Of a stretch of 64,000 nucleotides of DNA, positions 59,493-64,000 are shown one piece after another. This stretch comes from the human T2T-CHM13v2.0 reference genome, Homo sapiens. The translations under genes were made by a program, and so were the position numbers. Each line of letters begins with the position of its first letter. Positions within the stretch are counted from its first letter, which is position 1. The DNA is taken from NCBI RefSeq assembly GCF_009914755.1, contig NC_060939.1; one strand, written 5' to 3'. The notes below the pieces were generated by a model that did not search any database, was not told the origin of the DNA, and worked only from the letters and a program-made list of their open reading frames with translations.

Positions 59493-60180
59493 GAACCTTA
59501 AATATTGATATACATTGTGTTCATTAAAAGTATGTCTATGGGTATTTAACATGATATATTCCTATTTTACTCATAGTTTCCTTAGTTTATAATTGCAGAG
59601 AGAAAAAGGGCTATTAGTACGAAAGTGATCCTCTATAGTTACATTATATTTGTATACATCAAATGCACCATGTTTTTAAATATTTTCTTTTTCCTATGCT
59701 TATTCTGATCATGTTTGTTAAAATGAATTTTGTGTCTATAAAATCTAATAATAAAATCTGCCTTCTATGTCATATGTCTTCTATCCCTTTTTTGTAGGAA
59801 TTAGTGCATATTGCATTTTACAAAAGCACAGATCTGGGATGGATTGGAAAGCAACTAACAAACTGCTCCTTCTCCACAGATGATCTGAGAAGCACATACA
59901 TTATTTATCTGCCTTTAGATCATTTCTAAGCTATCCTAAAATCAGGATTCTACTTTTCCCAAATTACCCCTGCCCCACCCTACCTTGACTCCTTGCCTAC
60001 CTGAGGAACATCATCCATCAAATCAAGATGAAGTAAATGCAGGCTGTTCTTGTGACTCTTCAAGGTCAAAGAGCCAAATGCTCACAGAGGCTGGGCTGGG
60101 AGAGCACATGGGTGCAGGAACAAGCAGCGTGCAGGGGTACCTCTGTTTCAGATCAACTGGCCCAAGCAGGAGCATGGCCT

Positions 60181-60359
60181 GGGTTGCCAGATCCCTCACA
60201 GTTTTTCAAGAGAAACCAGAAACCCAGATTTTTACAGGGAACTACAGTCATTTAAAAATGTGAAGAAGTAATTCAGATTTTTACAAGCCACAAGGCCAGC
60301 TAAAGAAAATGCCTGTGTGGGCTAAAATTGGCCCAGGAATCCCACCTGGGGACTGCTGG
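60181..60359. mobile_element. MER103-like hAT fragment
   Basis: GTTGCCAGATC...TTTTTCAAGAGAAACCAGAAACCCAGATTTTTA. Confidence 0.5.
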
Positions 60360-61259
60360 GGCTCCACATGCTACTGATAGAAAAAGTGAGATCAGCAAAT
60401 GCAAAGGATTTCTTTCAAGCACAGCCTGCAGGTGGATTTTGGCAGTTTCCTATCAGCGTTTTTCCATCTATGGAAAACAGCTGCTGGTGTGAGCCAATGC
60501 TTCAGGAGCACTCCTCCTGCCTCTGTCTAGCCTGAGGCAACCCCACAATCAGTCTCAGATACCAACATGAGCATGAAACAGACTCCACAAAGGAGCTGTT
60601 CAACAAGGGGTCCCATGATTTCAGGGCCACTAGTCCAGAAAAGGATATTCAGTCACGGTGCAAAAGAAGAGGGTATATGAGGACCTCTTTGAAGGGAGCT
60701 GAGAGTGAGTATCCTGATCCCACCAGCAGGAAGGAGGTGAGGTGCCACCCTTTCCTTCAATCCTAGTTGGGAGAGGGATTTCCCATGGGAAACATTAGAA
60801 AATTTCATATATGTTTCTTCCGCTGGGGGCTGTGGAGGACTGGTGCTTGGTTCACACATGAGACAGCTGAGCTGCCTGATAGATTTGGCCATGCTGAGAT
60901 TAGCCTGTACTCCCAGTTGGGCAGGGCAAGGGATGCACCAGTGTTTCCTGCTAGTGTGCCCATCATCATTCTCAGAAACAGGAGGAGACCAATGTACATT
61001 CATTGTCCAGGAGGAGCATGTGACTTTGCCGCCTGATGTTTACGAAAGAGTTTACAGTGCTGTATAAGTGCTGAATGGCATTGTTCTTCCACAGGGCTTT
61101 CATGGACAAAATGAAAGATAAGAATTCCCTCTCTGCCTTCGAGGGCCCTTCCCAGCCCCTTCTTCTTTTGTCTGTCTCATCCACAAACTAAAAAGTATCT
61201 GCCCTGAGATCCTGAGATGGCCTTTCCCTTTAAGCCTCATTATTATTCACCTTCTATGG

Positions 61260-61453
61260 AAAGAACCCACTTTAGGCTGAATCCCCTACAAGCTATGAGA
61301 GTGTCCAGTCAAACCCAGCACAGTGTAGCATTGATATCATTATCTAGTGGTGGTTTCATTTAAAGAAATGTTTCATTCACTGGAGAGATGGGGAGGTCTG
61401 GGGTGGTGGGTGGGGGTATGATTTGCATTCACTGTGGGGCTCTTAGTACCTAA
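61260..61453 (+). repeat. Local duplication copy 2 (probable donor), with G4 motif at 61390-61416
   Basis: Direct-orientation match to 56900-57092. Confidence 0.92.
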
Positions 61454-62244
61454 AACAAGTGGCTTGTGTTTCTGTGCTGGACTCTGCTTTTTCTCCCCAC
61501 CCCACCCAGTAGCTCCCAATTCTCTATCCACAAGATCTTTAAAACCCAATGCAAGTCAAACAATAGAACCCTCAATTTAGAAACTGTAACTCTGGATTCA
61601 GGGAGCTAAGCCAACATTCAAACCCTCCCTGACTTTTCACAGCACTTACTGCTTCTGTCATGGGTTTGGCACTTGATTATATTCAATTTAGCACATAATT
61701 ATATCCCTACTCTCTCATGTTTTTCTTTCATTGCTTGTAAGTGTTCAGTTTATTTGTCCCAATCATACAGTAAGCCCCTGGACAGCAGAGACCACTTTTC
61801 ACCCTTCACCAGAGATCCATATACTTAGCAGTGTTGGGCCCAGAGCAGATAGGCAATAAACACCAGCTGAGCTGAACAGAGTGGAACAAGCCACCAGCTC
61901 CACCTTCCAACTTGCCATTGATGGGGAGAAAAGGCAAAACCACCTGAGCATTCAGCTTGCCGCTGCCTTTCCCTGCTGGAAAGTCATAAGCTTCTTCCCC
62001 GGGCTTCTTATGGGAAAGGCATGATCTTCTTGAGACTTCAGCGTAGGCACATCCTCGGGGAGCACTTTCTAATGGGAAGTGTGAGTCTGGGTGGATAGTG
62101 CCCATGACTCATTGTAAAGTCTATGTGGGAGCCTGGGCGGCTATAGTCTCATATGAAAAGTATTTCTGCTCTATCCTGCTCCTTCCCACGCTCAACCTTC
62201 CTGAGCCACCCTGTTGCCATAAGCATCTGTACAGTGCCGCAAGC

Positions 62245-62397
62245 CTCACTACTAAGTGTCATCCTTGGACCATCAGCATCACCAGAGGGCCTATTAGAAA
62301 GGCAGGATGTTGGGTGACATCTCAGTCCTAATGAGTTAAGACCTTTTTAACAAGACCTCCAGGTGTGTCCTATGCATGGTAAAATTTGAGAAGCCCT
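62245..62397. mobile_element. MER5A-like hAT MITE
   Basis: GGACCATCAGCATCACCAG...TTTTAACAAGACCTCCAGGTG...AATTTGAGAAGCCCT. Confidence 0.6.
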
Positions 62398-64000
62398 TCC
62401 CTGAAGAGGACCTTGTCAGGCATTCTCCCTGAGGAGACAGGTTTTTTGAGCTGTCTCCAGAATAATCTGGAGAGCTGTCCTGGATATAAATGATGCTTTC
62501 TTCCTCGGGGGGAGGAGAAGCTCCACAAAGGAGCAACAACACAAATTGTCTCCAACCCACAGATAGGCACAGAGCTCAAAAGAAATTAAGTCAAGCCAAA
62601 TGGCAAGCAAGATGCTGTTAGTATGAGTGGTAATAGATAGCTCCCTATGTCCTGTTCTGTCATTCTGTCTGTTGCTGTACATGCTCCAGGACATCCTGCC
62701 CTTAGCAAAACATGCTGGAATGGGTTTACAGTGGGTCCGAGGACATATTCTAGTGAAAGACCAAAGCCTTGCCAGTCCTCTAGGCACAGTCGTTATCTCC
62801 CTGGACAAATGTGTACAAGTCACTATAGTGGGTCCACTTTCCCAGCATGAGCTCTGAACCTCAGGTTTGGTCCAAGCTATTGCAGTCTACTACTATGCAG
62901 TTAGTTCTTCCCGTCCCTCCACCCAGGCACAGTCTGTTCAGGTTTCAAGGCCCAATTCAAATCCTGCTTCCTCCACAGCATCTTCCTGGTCATTCCAAAT
63001 ACACTGGGGACATCCTCCAAGACACTGGTGTTTAATAATTTCATGGAAATTTTTTCAACAGGCTATAAATTCCCAGAATGGGGAGACTTATGTCTGACAT
63101 TATGTTCTATACCTTGTCCACTCCCCTGATTATAGAGACATAATATTCAGTATATGAGTACAAGTCCTTAAACACTCAGTTTGAACTGTCATGAGGATCT
63201 AGCAAATCTGTTTTCAGAAAGGACCTGGGGAAGCCCCTCAGCCTGGTGATCTTTCTCCTGCTTCCTGAAAACCCAGCACTCTTCATACCTATCCTATCCT
63301 GGCTTGGCTGTAGACTGAGTGGACGGTCTTTCCTCCAGAGGAACTTCTATGAGAGTCCAACAGACAACCAGATTCCAGAATCATATGGAGAAACCAGGTG
63401 ACTGGGCTAAGAGGGGACCCTCAGTGTGACAATGGCAAGAGATGTTTATCCAGAGGACCAGGCCAAACAATTCCATCTAGTTATCTAGTTTTCTGTGACT
63501 CTTGGGTAGTAGTGAGCTATTATATCATGATGGGAATGACAGGAAGAACAGGGAGAAAAATAATATTAATTATAGCAGGCTGAGATTATTCTACATAGCA
63601 AACCACAGTTCTGTCCTCTACTGGAAAATTAGCTGTACTTCATGGTTGCCCCAGCTGAGGTGCTGTGGCTAAAAGAAGACTGTCTGAGAAAATGATGAAA
63701 GGCACAGTCTGACCTTTGCTCCTTGGAATGTTATTATTGTCCAAATAAACGATGCATATGTTATCAGAGCATCTTTTCTACCAGGTCAGTAGATGTTCTT
63801 CCTATGCCTATGCTATTACCCCTAAAGTGGACTAAGGTAGCAATGCATGGACCAGATCTGAGAATACAATTACTGAATACCCTTAAACACTAGTCAACCG
63901 AATATTGTAAGCAGAGGTGGAAATGACAACTGTGATTCTTCACTGTCATTACTGGCATGAAGAAGGTCCAGTCTCCTTCTCAGGACCACTGAAGTTCACA

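Larger units (their letters stand above)
56329..59898 (+). mobile_element. Near-full-length fossil hAT-Charlie DNA transposon (Charlie7-like, subfamily uncertain)
   Basis: Termini (T)AGTGCTATGCAAAATG...TCTGAGAAGCAC; degenerate transposase DNA ~57870-58030 (IVNYLQANALN..LSRRKVLS) and ~58670-58820 (SLASF.KVKNEYPEF); NNNTANNN flanks ATTTATTT/CATTATTT. Confidence 0.75.

Overview
Human genomic DNA: AT-rich, CpG-poor and dense in interspersed repeats. A consensus-perfect AluYb8 supports the human assignment. The only gene-like feature is a 183-codon single-exon ORF at 43072-43623 (+). I recognise it from memory as C15orf54/LINC02915 (15q14 gene desert upstream of THBS1); splice sites and a polyA signal support a 2-exon model at ~41620-45785. 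The rest is mostly transposon fossils: 5'-truncated L1s (all long copies on +), Alus, MIR/L2, solo LTRs and hAT-Charlie DNA transposons. I found no novel multi-gene system, CRISPR array or structural RNA gene. The most unusual signals are structural: (1) a 193-bp G4-containing segment copied ~4.4 kb away into a Charlie fossil, with a 22-23-bp fold-back inverted end; (2) two L1PA copies 35.4 kb apart, flanking C15orf54, that share six non-consensus variants; (3) a probable L1 3' transduction inside a MER67-like LTR; (4) two twin-primed (5'-inverted) L1s, one supplying the gene's polyA signal; (5) an AT-rich quasi-palindrome. Subfamily names come from recalled consensus sequences, and boundaries without a target-site duplication (TSD) are approximate.
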